Origin: Octopus sinensis
Lineage: Eukaryota
Assembly: GCF_006345805.1 (NCBI RefSeq)
Contig: NC_043018.1
Coordinates: 6,944,001-7,008,000 of the forward strand
DNA length: 64,000 nt
Direction: 5' to 3'
Part shown: positions 24,437 to 36,497 of the stretch, in pieces
How the letters are laid out: every line of letters begins with the position of its first letter
How positions within the stretch are numbered: the stretch's first letter is position 1
Made by a program: the position numbers and the translations under genes
Notes under the pieces: model-generated
Databases searched by the model: none
The model's input: only the letters and a program-made list of their open reading frames with translations
What the model was told of the DNA's origin: nothing

Positions 24437-25458
24437 GGTGCTTCTTTAGAAGAGCACCTCTCCAAGAAAATGACGCTTACTTGTCAAAAAAGTTACGAAA
24501 ATAGGAAATATATCCAAAATAAATGAAGCATACAAAAAATTAGGGAGATTCATTTATTTTTAAATATATCATACTAAAAAAAAATTAAATACAGAAAACG
24601 GGCACTCGCGATTAAACAAACATGTCGAACGATAACTTCGTCTGCTGCTACGTTCTGAGTTCAAATTCCGCCGAGGTCGACTTTGCCTTTTATCCTTTCG
24701 GGGTCGATAAATTAAGTACCAGTTACGCACTGGGGTCGATATATTTTAATTGACTTAATCCGTCTGTCTGTCCTTGTTTGTCCCCTCTATGTTTAGTCCC
24801 TTGAGGGTAATAAAGAAATAGGTATTTCGTCTGCCGCTATGTTCTGAGTTCAAATTCCGCCCAGGTTGACTTTGCCTTTCATCCTTTCAGGATCGATTGA
24901 ATAGGTACCAGTTATGCACTGGGGTCGATATAATCGATTTAATCCGTTTTTCTGTCCTTGTTTGTCCCCTCTATGTTTAGCTCATTGAGGGTAGTAAAGA
25001 AAAATAAGGGCCCGACAATATCGTCTGCTAATTGCAAGAAGGCCGTTTCACCATCTTTTTCTTAAAAGACCGTTTATAACTAATATTACTATTATGTCAA
25101 ATGTTGTGCCTAAACGGGAAATATCACATCATAAACGGGCGAAGGTAAAGAGAGTGCACACCACCTAACCCTAAAACTAACCCTAACTTGTGTGCGCAGT
25201 GAAAAAAATCTGATTAAAAACTATCAAGAATTTGCGAATATCTGATACAAGTCACGACCCTTTCTATCGTCCGACATTATTTATATTCGCGACTGCCCGT
25301 TCTCCGTGTTTTATTTTTTAGCATAAAATATTCTAAAATCGATGAATCTTCCTAATTTTTTGCATATTTCATTTATTTTGGATATATTTCCCATTTTCAT
25401 AATTCTTCTAGAAATTAAGCGTCATTTTCTTGGAGAAGTGCGCTTCTAAAGAAGCGCC
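24437..25458. mobile_element. MITE with ~190-bp TIRs, GG termini and 8-bp TSD (Merlin-like)
   Basis: CACCTTTC|GGTGCTTCTTTAGAAG...CTTCTAAAGAAGCGCC|CATCTTTC; contains a SINE B dimer and CCTAACCCTAAAACTAACCCTAAC. Confidence 0.85.
24636..25005 (+). mobile_element. Head-to-tail dimer of SINE family B (heads missing)
   Basis: Junction AAAGAAATA|GGTATTTCGTCTGCC at about 24820. Confidence 0.85.
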
Positions 25459-25902
25459 CATCTTTCTACAGATACCCTAGCGTAGTGTATTTTTCCTACC
25501 CATTTTCAATAATTCTTTATGTTTTGGCTTCATTTTTGTTTCATTTTATCTTGAATTATTTTTACGCTTAACTTTAACCCTTCCGTCGTTATTCTCATTC
25601 ACTTGTTATTGTGAATACGAGAAACGATGGAAGGATGTGATGAGAAAGGTGGGTGTTAGTAACCCAGCTTAATCATTGATGAAAGGAAAAGATAGTTGCT
25701 GGGCCTTATAGGCTGCCGGGTTCGATCTCTTGAACTTTTATTTGTTTTCTTTCTTTGTTTTCGTTTTATTTAAAAAAAAAAAGTTCTAGTTAAAGGAAAA
25801 ATTAATCTTTAATTAAAAGATATTTTTAAAGTAAATTTTTAACGTAATGCTCATTCGAACTCATTTAGCATTTTTCTATTTGTTTGTCTTGTAAAGTCCT
25901 TC

Positions 25903-26462
25903 GATCTTTTCGGTTTGAACGGCAGTTTTTTCTAGTGGTGTCATATGAAATTGTCACCCATAATTATGACCCTCGTACAAACATGTGGCGTTGTCATAGG
26001 CTGGTACGATGACGTCGCCAATCCAGAATGGAGTGTGGATTTTCTGAATCTTTATTGAAGAACTTCTTTTTGGAAAACACCCATGTTCCGCTTTGGAAGA
26101 TTTTGCGGATCTTTTCGGTTTGAACGGCAGTTTTTAACATAATTTCTAGGTAACTAAAAAATTTTAAACTTCGTATACTGGTAGAATGTGTTTATAAAAC
26201 GTCTTTTTCTCTTGGCTTTATTGAGAAAATTCTATATTTTGTAAGATATTTGTTGTTCTTTTTCTGCAATTTCAACCAATCAATGACGTCTATTGGGCGT
26301 TTATGGGAAAGCCTGAAAAAGTGCATTGTTCGTCCCGGAATGAGACCGAAGTATCTCGAACAGTATGTCGCTAGGTTACTTTTTATACGGACCATATCAC
26401 CGCCAGCTCAGCGACTCCCTAAGTTTCTACTGGAAGCTGAAAGACTGTACCCGTGTTCCTGA
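25903..26462 (+). pseudogene. Merlin (IS1595-like DDE) transposase relic mixed with MITE ends
   Basis: N-terminal-like DPRTNMWRC and SLLKNFFLENTHVPLWKILRI; C-terminal SIGRLWESLKKCIVRPGMRPKYLEQYVARLLFIR; central DDE region replaced by a MITE end (26108-26295). Confidence 0.65.
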
Positions 26463-27149
26463 GGACACGGAAGAATTGGTTCTTGATGTTAAATCACCCT
26501 TAACTTTTCTTCTATCATGAAACGATATTTCAACACAATTTTAACAAGTGCACCACCACGCAGTTCATAAAAACAACACCTCAGATTTCTCACGTGTAAT
26601 TAACTACCCTGACCTCCTAAAGTGCCGCAAACCCTTTTTTTTTCCCCCAAAAAAACAAAAGGATGGGATAGGAAATTATTTTAAAATGTGCATAAATAGG
26701 GTATATATTATACAGCCCCACCCCCAAAAGTACGTAAATGACAAAACACACCTTTACTCATTCACTCTCTCCCCTTCTCTCTCAACACGAAATCGAAGAG
26801 TACCTGTGACAAGCTTAAAATTTCGGCGCGAAAAATTGGTAAATGTAAGTGGAATCACTTAATGCCATTTCAAAACTATTTTGCAGTTTGGGGCTTATAC
26901 ATCCTTTAATCTATAAATCCAGTAATTTTAGTAGGTATGTAAAAGATATTGTTTTAATACAGTTTGACTTGTTTCAGACAAATACTAACATTATTTTTTT
27001 TGTTCAGACATCGTTTCTACTGATTTTTATAATTTCAGCATTCGTTTATTATTCTTTTCAAACTTCTTGGTTTTGTAAATATAATGAGTCCATTACTCTA
27101 AAAAACGTATTTATGCAAATTGTCGTCTTAAAATATGTGTAAAGGAAGT

Positions 27150-27220
27150 GGGTGGGACTGATGCAGTTTCGCATCTCACCTTCAAAGGTGCAGTCTTTGA
27201 AAGAGATGTCTTCGGACACG
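27150..27220 (-). ncRNA. Hammerhead-like motif immediately upstream of the PLE, on the opposite strand
   Basis: Minus strand: CCGAAGA, 6+8-bp stem II, C-GAAA, stem III CTG-CAT-CAG, GUC triplet; stem I weak (3 bp) and U4 mutated. Confidence 0.35.
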
Positions 27221-27248
27221 TGTCTGTATATAATATGTGTGTGTGTGT

Positions 27249-29317
27249 ATAAAGAAACAGAAGATAACTCAATCATAAGAAAAAAATCCCACTTCACCCC
27301 TTACAAGGGAAGTGACAAACACCTTGACACGTACATAGAAACAATATCCAAATTCCCTCTTCACACACACAAATGCAAACAGAATCTCCGCAGAGAAGAA
27401 AAGCAAGCCCTACAAAAACTGAAAAATGACAAATCAATCGTTATAAAAGAAGCTGACAAAGGTGGAGCAATAGTAATTATGGACACAGATTACTACAAAG
27501 AAAAGATACTAGAGTTACTGAACAACCAGACATATTACAAAGAGGAACCAACACCACCGGAGAAAACAACAATAAGAAAAATTAGAACTTTAGTCAATGA
27601 ATATCAGGACTCCTTTACAGATAAGGAGGAAGATTATCTATGCAACTCACAAACCAAAGAAAGCAACTTTTATGGATTACCTAAAATTCATAAAAGCTCG
27701 GAAATACAGAGAGCCATAAAGGAACAGAGGAACCACTACATAAGAGTACAAAGACCTGCAGACCTCACGATGAGACCAATAGTGGCAGGACCCCAGGCAC
27801 CAACACAACACTAAGCCACTTCATAGATATACTCCTCAAACCTCTATCCCACAGATTCCAAGCTACATAAGGGATGACATAGACTTCCTCACACACATTC
27901 CAAATACAGTCCCGAAAAACACCATACTTGCAAGCTTTGATGTCACAAATCTATACACAAACATACCACACACCCTAGGTCTAGAAGCTATAAAACAATC
28001 AATAGAAAAATACAGAGAACTTATAGATGAACGCTTCAAGACAAACTTTATCACCCAAGCCACCCAACTAATACTAGAAGAAAACACATTCTCATTCAAC
28101 AACAAGACATACCGACAGATAAAAGGCACGGCTATGGGTACAAAATTCGCACCTTCATATGCCAACCTAGTGATGGGCTTCCTGGAGAAAAAACTATATG
28201 ACGAAATAGGGAAAGTCTTCGAACACGACTTCAGAGAAGACATCAAGAAAAAGTGGAAACGCTACCTCGATGACTGTTTCATCTTTTGGAACAGATCAGA
28301 AGAGGACCTACAAACATTCCACAACATCCTCAATACGCTGCACCCATCTATCAATTTCACAATAGATACCAGCCACAACGAACTTCCCTTCCTAGACATC
28401 AACATCAAAAACACAACTCCATCGTCACAACAGACATCCACTACAAAAAAACTGACACACATCAATACTTAAATTTCCACTCCTGCCACCCATCCCACAC
28501 AAAAAGAAACATCCCATATAGTATGGCACGACGAATATGTAGCATAGTAACTGATTCACAAATACGATTAATAAGACTAGATGAACTCAAAAGCTTCCTC
28601 CTAGAGCAAAAATACCCCCTTAAACTAATAGAAAATGGAATCACAAGAGCATTAAAACTAGACATCACACAACTCAGGACACCCAAAACAAAAAACAAAC
28701 AAGAAAACACTATCCCTTTTATAAACACACACAACCCTGGAGTTACCAACATCTTCCAAACCATACATTCAAACCTACCAATAGCCTTACAGAGCCCCAA
28801 AATGAAAAACATATTAACAAAATATAGCATAAAAAACAGTAGACGACAGGACAAAAACCTAAAAATACACCTAACAAGAGCGAAATTCTCTTCAGAAACT
28901 AAAACGGAATTCTTTGCAAAAGAGTGCGGAGATGGTAGATGTGGGACCTGCAGCAACCCCACCTACAAATACATAGAGAGCAACAGAGAGATAAGATTTA
29001 AAAATGGTGTCATATTCAAAGTAAATGCAGATATGACTGCAAGACGCAGAACGTCATATACTGCATAACCTGCCCCACATGCAAGAGAATTACGTAGGAG
29101 AAACTGGTAATTCTTTGTGCCAGCGAGCCAGGATCCACCGACAACATATTCGGCAGGAAGAACTACGCAAAATACCTAAGCAACACACCTAGCTACATGT
29201 GGAGAAGGAAAATTTAAGATATTTCCCTTCTACAAGTGTCCGAAGAATGACACCCCCTTCAGGAGGAATATGGAAAAACATTTCATAGCTAAGTTCTCCC
29301 CCAAATTAAATGGCTGA
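27249..29317 (+). pseudogene. Penelope-like element (RT + GIY-YIG endonuclease), 5'-truncated and frameshifted
   Basis: IKEADKGGAIVIMD, FYGLPKIHK, RPIVAGP, SFDVTNLYTNIP, GTAMGTKFAPSYANLVM, RYLDDCF, LPFLD, KKTDTHQYLNFHSCHP, CGDGRCGTC linker, NVIYCITC..C..YVGETG, FSPKLNG*. Confidence 0.95.
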
Positions 29318-29845
29318 AACTTTACTCAACATACATTGAAGGAAAAATCTGTGTGTGTGTAGATGTGTGTATTGCCTGTTATATACATCATATTATATTA
29401 TTATCTTTATAATTCACTTCCATCTTTACCCTTAATTGTCACTTTAGTTTTAACTTTCCTATGACATACAACTTTCAAGATGGTATAATTTGGTTGTTCA
29501 TTTTGAACCGATAAAAAGGTTTTTTCAAATATTTTATGTATAAGTCTGTGTGTGTGTATATATATGTGTTGGTATAAATATCAACACACAAAAATATTTT
29601 TTCTTCTCCACTTCCTCCCTTTTTTTATTTTTATTTTTATTTTTATTTTTATTTTTTATTCTTTATTTTTTTATTTATTCTTTATATTTTTTTATTTTAT
29701 TTTTTTATTTTTTTTTTTTATTTTTATTTTATTTTTTTATTTTTTTAATTTTTTATTTTTATTTTTTTTATTATTATTTTTATTTTCCCTTTCCCTCTCT
29801 TTTTTGTGTCTCTCTCCCCTTCTCAAACACACAGACACACACACA

Positions 29846-29879
<34 letters not shown>

Positions 29880-31014
29880 AAACACACACAAGACACACAG
29901 AGACACACACAACAGACACACCTCCACAGAATGATCATAGAAAGTGTGACCCCAAATGACATTTGCCAGGCCAACCTATGCACAACACACACTCAGTGAC
30001 ATTGAAATGGACAGCCAAGTTCTTATAAAACCACAGGGGGTCCAGCAGACCAACGGAAATAACACTTCTTCACTCTCAGATATAATGCACACACACACAC
30101 ACACACACCGCACACACACACACACACACACACATACACACATATTTTCTCTCTGCCTCACTTCCTCCTCAACCACTACTACGAAACTATAAAAAGGTTC
30201 AAACTACCCACAACTGATTTGATTTGAAAACCCACTAGAATGGGAGCAAGCGCTAATCCGAATGATATGATATATATGTAAAAAATGTAATATATAAATA
30301 AATATCTACAAATATGAACCATCTGATCTGATTACCTCAATTTTTCTAATATATATATATATATATATGTGCGTGTGTGAATAAGGATGTATGTATCTGT
30401 GTGTGTGTGTGTATATATTTATATGGATGTATGTATGTATATATATGTGTGTGTCTGTGTACTCTTTTACTTGTTTCAGTCATTTGATTGCGGCCATGCT
30501 GGAGCACCGTCTTTAGTCGAGCAAATCGACCCCGGGACCTATTGTGTGTGTGTATATGTATGTGTGTGTGTATATGTATGTGTGTGTGTATATGTATGTA
30601 TGTATGTATGTGTGTGTATATATATATATGTACGTGTGTATATATATGTACGTGTGTGTGTATGTATGTGCGTATGTCTATGTCTATGTGTGTGTGTGTG
30701 TATGTATATGTGTGTGTGTGTGTATATGGATATACATATATATATATATAGAGAGAGAGAAAGTAATAACAATCAAATGAAAATAACGACGGAAGGGTTA
30801 AAATAAAACGTAAAAATAATTCAAAATGAAGCCAAAACGTTAAGAATTATTGAAAGTGGGTAAACAAAACACTACGAAGTGTAGTAGTACTACGCTAGGG
30901 TATCTGTAGAAAGTTGAATGTGATTTCGGAATCTAAGAAGGAAAAGCTCGGATGTTGAATTTTCTGAAGTCCTCTCCATATCCCCCTCGAAAAGATTTCC
31001 CCCACAAATCTCTA

Positions 31015-31422
31015 TCTTTATATATATATATATATATAAAGCTGAAGTTGTCTGTGTATGGCAGGTTTGGTAGCCTTCAACTAACACTTTCTCCTCTGAG
31101 ACCCTGCGGTGCAAGTTGACCAAAATTGAGAGTATGGTAGAAGGCGGCTTGCTCTTCCTTCCGCAGAAGAAAAAACTCAAATCAGACCATGTTAACACCA
31201 AAAATTATTTACATCAAAAAGGTGCATTTTTCTATGCAAATCCCTATTATTTTACGATTTTTTTACTGTTGTGTCGCCATTTTTCGGTGTATTTCAACCA
31301 GAAAAATGTTCACTTGAAGAGAATAACAAGCGACATAATGCAAAATTTTTACTTTTCAAAAATTCCAATTCTAAAGGGTGGAAAAGAAAACAAGCCCGAG
31401 CAACGCTGGGCTATACTGCTAG
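31015..31422 (+). mobile_element. Non-autonomous Helitron
   Basis: 5' TC after A; subterminal hairpin GCCCGAGCAACGCTGGGC; 3' CTAG followed by T; inserted in the unclassified repeat. Confidence 0.8.
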
Positions 31423-31750
31423 TTTTTTTATAATCGTAATGTATGCCGTTTGAAAGGTATTTCTATAAAATTTCATTGAAAAGAAAAGACTCATTTTCCT
31501 AAAATTTCATTGAAAAGAAAAGACTCATTTTCCTAAAAGTTACGAGGGAAAAGCTGGGCTCTTGTGAATTTATCGATGTCAAACGTTAACCAAAATATTT
31601 TGTATACTTCATAGAATATTGTGTTTGCATAACGACGTGCCATATATATACACAGTTAGCTCCAGCAATCCATAAGGGTGGTAACTTGAATGAAGCTGTT
31701 TGGATGTGTATTCCCTGGGTGTCCTACATCTTAGGACATCTGTGCAACAG

Positions 31751-32157
31751 GTGAGCTGGCAGAATCGTTAGCACGGCGGGCGAAATGCTTAGCGGTATTT
31801 CGTCTGCTGTAACGTTCTCAGTTCAAATTCCACCGAGGTCGACTTTGCCTTTCATCCTTCCGGGGTCGATAAATTAAGTAGCAGTTACGCACTGGGGTCG
31901 ATGTAATCGACTTAATCCGTTTGTCTGTCCTTGTTTGTCCCTTCTGTGTTTAGCCCCTTGTGGGTAGTAAAGAAATAGGTATTTCGTCTGCCGTTACGTT
32001 CTGAGTTCAAATTCCGCCGAGGTCGACTTTGCCTTTCATCCTTTCGGGGTCGATAAAGTAAGTAGCAGTTACGCACTGGGGTCGATACAATCGACTTAAT
32101 CCGTCTGTCTGTCCTTGTTTGTCCTCTCTGTGTTTAGCCCCTTGTGGGCAATAAAAG
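31751..32157 (+). mobile_element. SINE family B dimer flanked by ~108-bp direct repeats
   Basis: 31642-31750 and 32158-32268 are near-identical; internal junction AAAGAAATA|GGTATTTCG at about 31977. Confidence 0.88.
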
Positions 32158-32375
32158 ATATATATACATACAGTTAGCTCCAACAACCCATAAGGGTGGT
32201 AACTTAAATAAAGCTGCATGGATGTGTAAACCCTGGGTGTCCTACATCTTAGGACATCTGTGCAGCAGAAACATATGCTGGACGGAGATTTAATGTCAAT
32301 TTATTGTATATAACACTGTAATAAACAGGTTTTAGAGGTTCTATAATTCTCCATTCTTCTTTGCAATGTCTTGTG

Positions 32376-32452
<77 letters not shown>

Positions 32453-32671
32453 AATTCACACTCATACGTACAGATCTTTCCGTTTCTCATCTGCAGCCAA
32501 ATAAACCAAATATATATATCACACACACAGTGTAATATATATCTGTTTGTTTTTTTTTTCGGAATTTTTATTAGCTCGTTAATAATTTACTCTTGCACTA
32601 TTGTTCTTCTAATATTATCCATTCAAAAGAGAAATATTTGCTTAAAGACAACAAAACGTAAAACTAAAAAC

Positions 32672-32685
32672 GTCACCATGGTAAC
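32672..32685. promoter_or_regulatory. RFX X-box consensus match GTCACCATGGTAAC
   Basis: Fits GTHNYY-AT-RRNAAC and lies in non-repeat sequence; motif match only. Confidence 0.3.
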
Positions 32686-33177
32686 TGGGTGACATTCATT
32701 TTCTTTCTTTGTGTTTTTTGTTTCTGCTTTCTTTAGCAAAAGTGACACCAAATAAATTCTTTGAATGATGGAAACAGTGTCTGAAAGAGTGGAATATTGC
32801 AACAAGTCTTCAAAGATTTTCACTCTGACAGAATTATTGTCTTTTTGATTTTATATATATATATATATATATATCTCTGATGATATATATATATGGAGAG
32901 AGAGAGATACATACGTAGATAGATAAAGATATAGATGTATGTATATATATTCATATATGTATGTACATGTGTATATATGTTTATTTGTATATATATTTAT
33001 ATAGGTACAGGTATGGTTGTGCGGTTAGAAGCTTTGTTCCCAATCACATGGTTCTGGATTCAGTCCCACTATGTGGTACATTAGGCAAATGTCTTCCCTT
33101 ATAGCCTCAGGCCAATTATATATATACACACACATACATACACACACACACGTGTGTATGTATGTATGTATGTATAT

Positions 33178-34810
33178 ATAATGGGTTGGCAAGAAAGCAA
33201 TTTCAGGTTTTTAGTGTGAAAAAAAGTCTTTTTATACAAAGAATGAACTTTAATCAATTATATATTTTCCATTTTGTTCAGTGACCTTTTGCCATCTTTC
33301 TGGCAACTTCATGATTTTGCACTCATAGAACTTCTGGTGCTTATCAGCCCAAAACTGAAACAAGTGCAATTTCAGGTCATCATCATTATTGAAAGTTTTA
33401 CCATTCAAAGAATTTCACAAACTTCGAAATAAAAGGTAATCTGATGGTGCAAGGTCAGGGCTATATGATGGATGTGACATCACTTCTCAACCAAGCTCCA
33501 ATAATTTTTTGTGAGTTAGCAAAGACCTGTGGTATGTTTTTCTCATGGTGGAACATGCCGTAAATCCTCGGGTATAGCCCACCCTTGAGTATAATACGCA
33601 GGGGATTTTTAGGGGGTTGTACCTCTGCAAAACCCAAATTTTGTGTATAATACGCACTCCTTCTCTAACTTGAGTCAAGGAGGTCTATATAACGTCCTTG
33701 GTTTGTAAAAATATATACGGTAATGTCCTTTATTATTGTATATATAACATAATGCAAACGTGTAGCTTTTTTGTGCATTTTGTTTGCAGAACATAAAGAA
33801 ATAACAGTAATAACGTCAGTGAAAAAAAAATATTAAATAAATTGCCTTTAGATATTTATCACAACAGTTACAAAAGCAAAAACATTTATTCAAATCCTTC
33901 AAATTCAGCGTCACTTCCAGCATCAAATAACTTCCATTTGTTCCTCCATAAACATGCCAAACATCATTGTAGTATGAATCTCCGTCATCGTGTCTGAATA
34001 AACATTGCCGGACAGCAAATAGAGACTCGGACATTGCTTAGAATATATTTTTCATTTTTAACCTCGTATATAGTATGCACTAAGGATTTTGACTTTTAAC
34101 TTTGGGGAAAAAAATGCGGATTATACTCGAGAATTTACGGAAATTCCTTCACAATTTGCTAATTCTGGCCATTTTGCTTTGATTGCTTCTTCCAGTTTCA
34201 TTAGTTGTTGACAGTAAACATCTGAATTGATCATTTGGTTCCTTGGAAGCAGCTCAAAATACACAACACTTTTGTAATCCCATCAAATTGACAGCATGAT
34301 TTTTTTTTTTTATGCAGTTCAGCTTTCAATGTGGTTTGTGCAAGTTCATTATGCTTGGACCATGATCGTTTTCGATTAATGCTATTGTAGACAATCCATT
34401 TTTCATCACCGGTGATGATTCGTTTATAAACAAAAGGTTGATTTCATTGTGTTTGAGGTGCACATCACAAACATTGATTCGTTGTGTTAAGTGAATCTCT
34501 TTCAATTTATGTGGAACCTAAATATCAAGCTTCTTAACGAGCCCAAGACATTTTAAATGGTTTTCATTTGTTGTGTGTGATACATTCAACCTCTCTGCAA
34601 TCTCTTACACAGTTATATGACAATCAGATTCAGTTATGGCTTTGAGTCAGTAACCAACAACTTCAGTGGGTCGATCAGAATGCTAGCGACCCTTGAGCGA
34701 AAAATCTCCAGAATGGAATTCTTTAAACTATTTCTGACATCTGTGTTAAGCAATCAACACCATAAACTTCACATATCTCTTTGTGAGCCTCAGCAGCTTT
34801 TTTGCCAATT
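33178..34810 (-). mobile_element. Mariner (DD34D) element, most of the transposase still readable
   Basis: TIR-like TAATGGGTTGGCAAG at about 33178; minus-strand V(P)H.LKEIHLTQRIN, ITGDEKWIVYN, SYSPDLAPSDYLLFRSL, KLPERWQKV. Confidence 0.88.
33558..34140. mobile_element. pogo/Tigger-type deletion derivative nested in the mariner
   Basis: TIRs CCGTAAATCCTCGGGTATA and TATACTCGAGAATTTACGG; acidic SDAEFEGF-like end on the minus strand; partial copy at about 19725. Confidence 0.7.
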
Positions 34811-34879
34811 CATCATATATATATATATATATATACATACACACACACATAAACGCACACTTACATATATTTTACAATT

Positions 34880-35235
34880 TTGCATTTATCTGAAAGGTGT
34901 GCCTGACACTCTCCCATGCTGGTGGCACGTAAAAAGCACCAACCGATTGTGGCCGATGCCAGTACCCCCTGACTGGCTCTTGTGCTGGTGGCTTGTAAAA
35001 AGCACCAGCCAAACATGGTTGATGCCAGGCCCTCCTGACTGGCTCCCATACTAGTGCCACATAAAAAGCACCCAATACACTCTCGGAGTGGTTGACATTA
35101 GGAAGGGCATCCAGCTGTAGAAACATTGCCAGATCAGATTAGCACCTGGTGCAGCTGCTGGCTCTCCAGACCTCAGTCAAATAGTCTAACCCATGCCAGC
35201 ATGGAGAACGGACGTTAAACAATGATAATGATTAT
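34880..35235 (+). mobile_element. RTE LINE 3' tail
   Basis: GGTGGCACGTAAAAAGCACC units, GGAAGGGCATCCAGCTG, ACGGACGTTAAACAATGAT. Confidence 0.9.
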
Positions 35236-35624
35236 GTTACTCCATAATTTTGCAAAGTACAAATTTATTATTCATAAACTAGACTATTATTTAAAGTGAC
35301 TTCGACATTTTGGCCATCTAAGCCATTATCAGATTATGGTGGCTTATCTGGCCAAAACTTCAGTTACTGTTAATACTATTTTTGCTTAAAATTAATAAAT
35401 ATATTTCTATATACACACACACAGGAGAAATATATAGATAAATCTTGTTGATAGGCACAGGAGTGGCTGTGTGGTAAGTAGCTTGCTTACCAACCACATG
35501 GTTCCGGGTTCAGTCCTACTGCGGGGCACCTTGGGCAAGTGTCTTCGGCTATAGCCTCGGGCCGACCAAAGCCTTGTGAGTGGATTTGGTAGATGGAAAC
35601 TGAAAGAAGCCTGTCGTATATATG

Positions 35625-36435
35625 TCATCATCATCATCATCATCATTTAGCGTCCGTTCTCCATGCTAGCATGGGTTGGACGGTTCAACTGGGGTCTGTG
35701 AAGCTGGAAGGCTTCATCAGGCCCAGTCAGATCTGGCAGTGTTTCTACGGCTGGATGCCCTTCCTAACGCCAACCACTCCGTGAGTGTAGTGGGTGCTTT
35801 TTACGTGCCACCCGCACAGGTGCCAGACAGAGCTGGCAAACGGCCACGAACGGATGGTGCTTTTACGTGTCACCGGCACGGGGCCAGGCGAGGCTGGCAC
35901 GGACACGAACGGACGGTGCTTTTACGTGCCACCAACACGGGGGCCAGACAGAGCTGGCAAACGGCCACGAAACAGATGGTGCTTTTACGTGTCACCGGCA
36001 CGGGGCCAGGCGAGGCTGGCAACGGACACAAATGGATGGGGCTTTTACATGCCACCGACATGGGGGCCAGACAGGGCTGGCAAACGGCCACGAACGGATG
36101 GTGCTTTTACGTGTCACTGGCACGGGGGCCAGACAGAGCTGGCAAACGGCCACGAACGGATGGTGCTTTTACGTGTCACTGGCACGGGGGCCAGGCCAGG
36201 CTGGCAACGAACACGAACGGATGGTGCTTTTACGTGCCACCGACATGGGGGCCAGACAGGGCTGGCAAACGGCCACGAACGGATGGTGTTTTACGTGTCA
36301 CCTGCACGGGGGCCCTGGTGTTGATCGACCTCAATTTGGTTTGATTTTGATTTTGACTGTTCTCACTGGTCTTGCCGGGTTTTCTCACGCACAGCATACT
36401 TCCAAAGGTCTCGGTCACTGGTCATTTCCTTGGTG
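35625..36435 (-). mobile_element. RTE LINE 3' end with about 9 tandem ~61-bp units, inserted in a family A SINE
   Basis: GGATGGTGCTTTTACGTG(T/C)CAC.GGCACGGGG.CCAG repeated 35793-36310; SINE A halves on either side. Confidence 0.92.
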
Positions 36436-36438
36436 AGA

Positions 36439-36497
<59 letters not shown>

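Larger units (their letters stand above)
23800..25640. mobile_element. Unclassified interspersed repeat with internal ~180-bp duplications, interrupted by the MITE at 24437-25458
   Basis: CCGAGCTTTTCC..CGTAAC..TAGGAAAATG blocks repeated at about 24097 and 24268; second inverted copy at 30770-31570 shows the empty site ATCACATTCAACTTTCTACAGATACCCTAGCG. Confidence 0.7.

Noticed and set aside
35676-36436. Three overlapping ORFs of 176-222 aa
   Set aside because: Antisense translation of the GC-rich RTE 3' UTR tandem units
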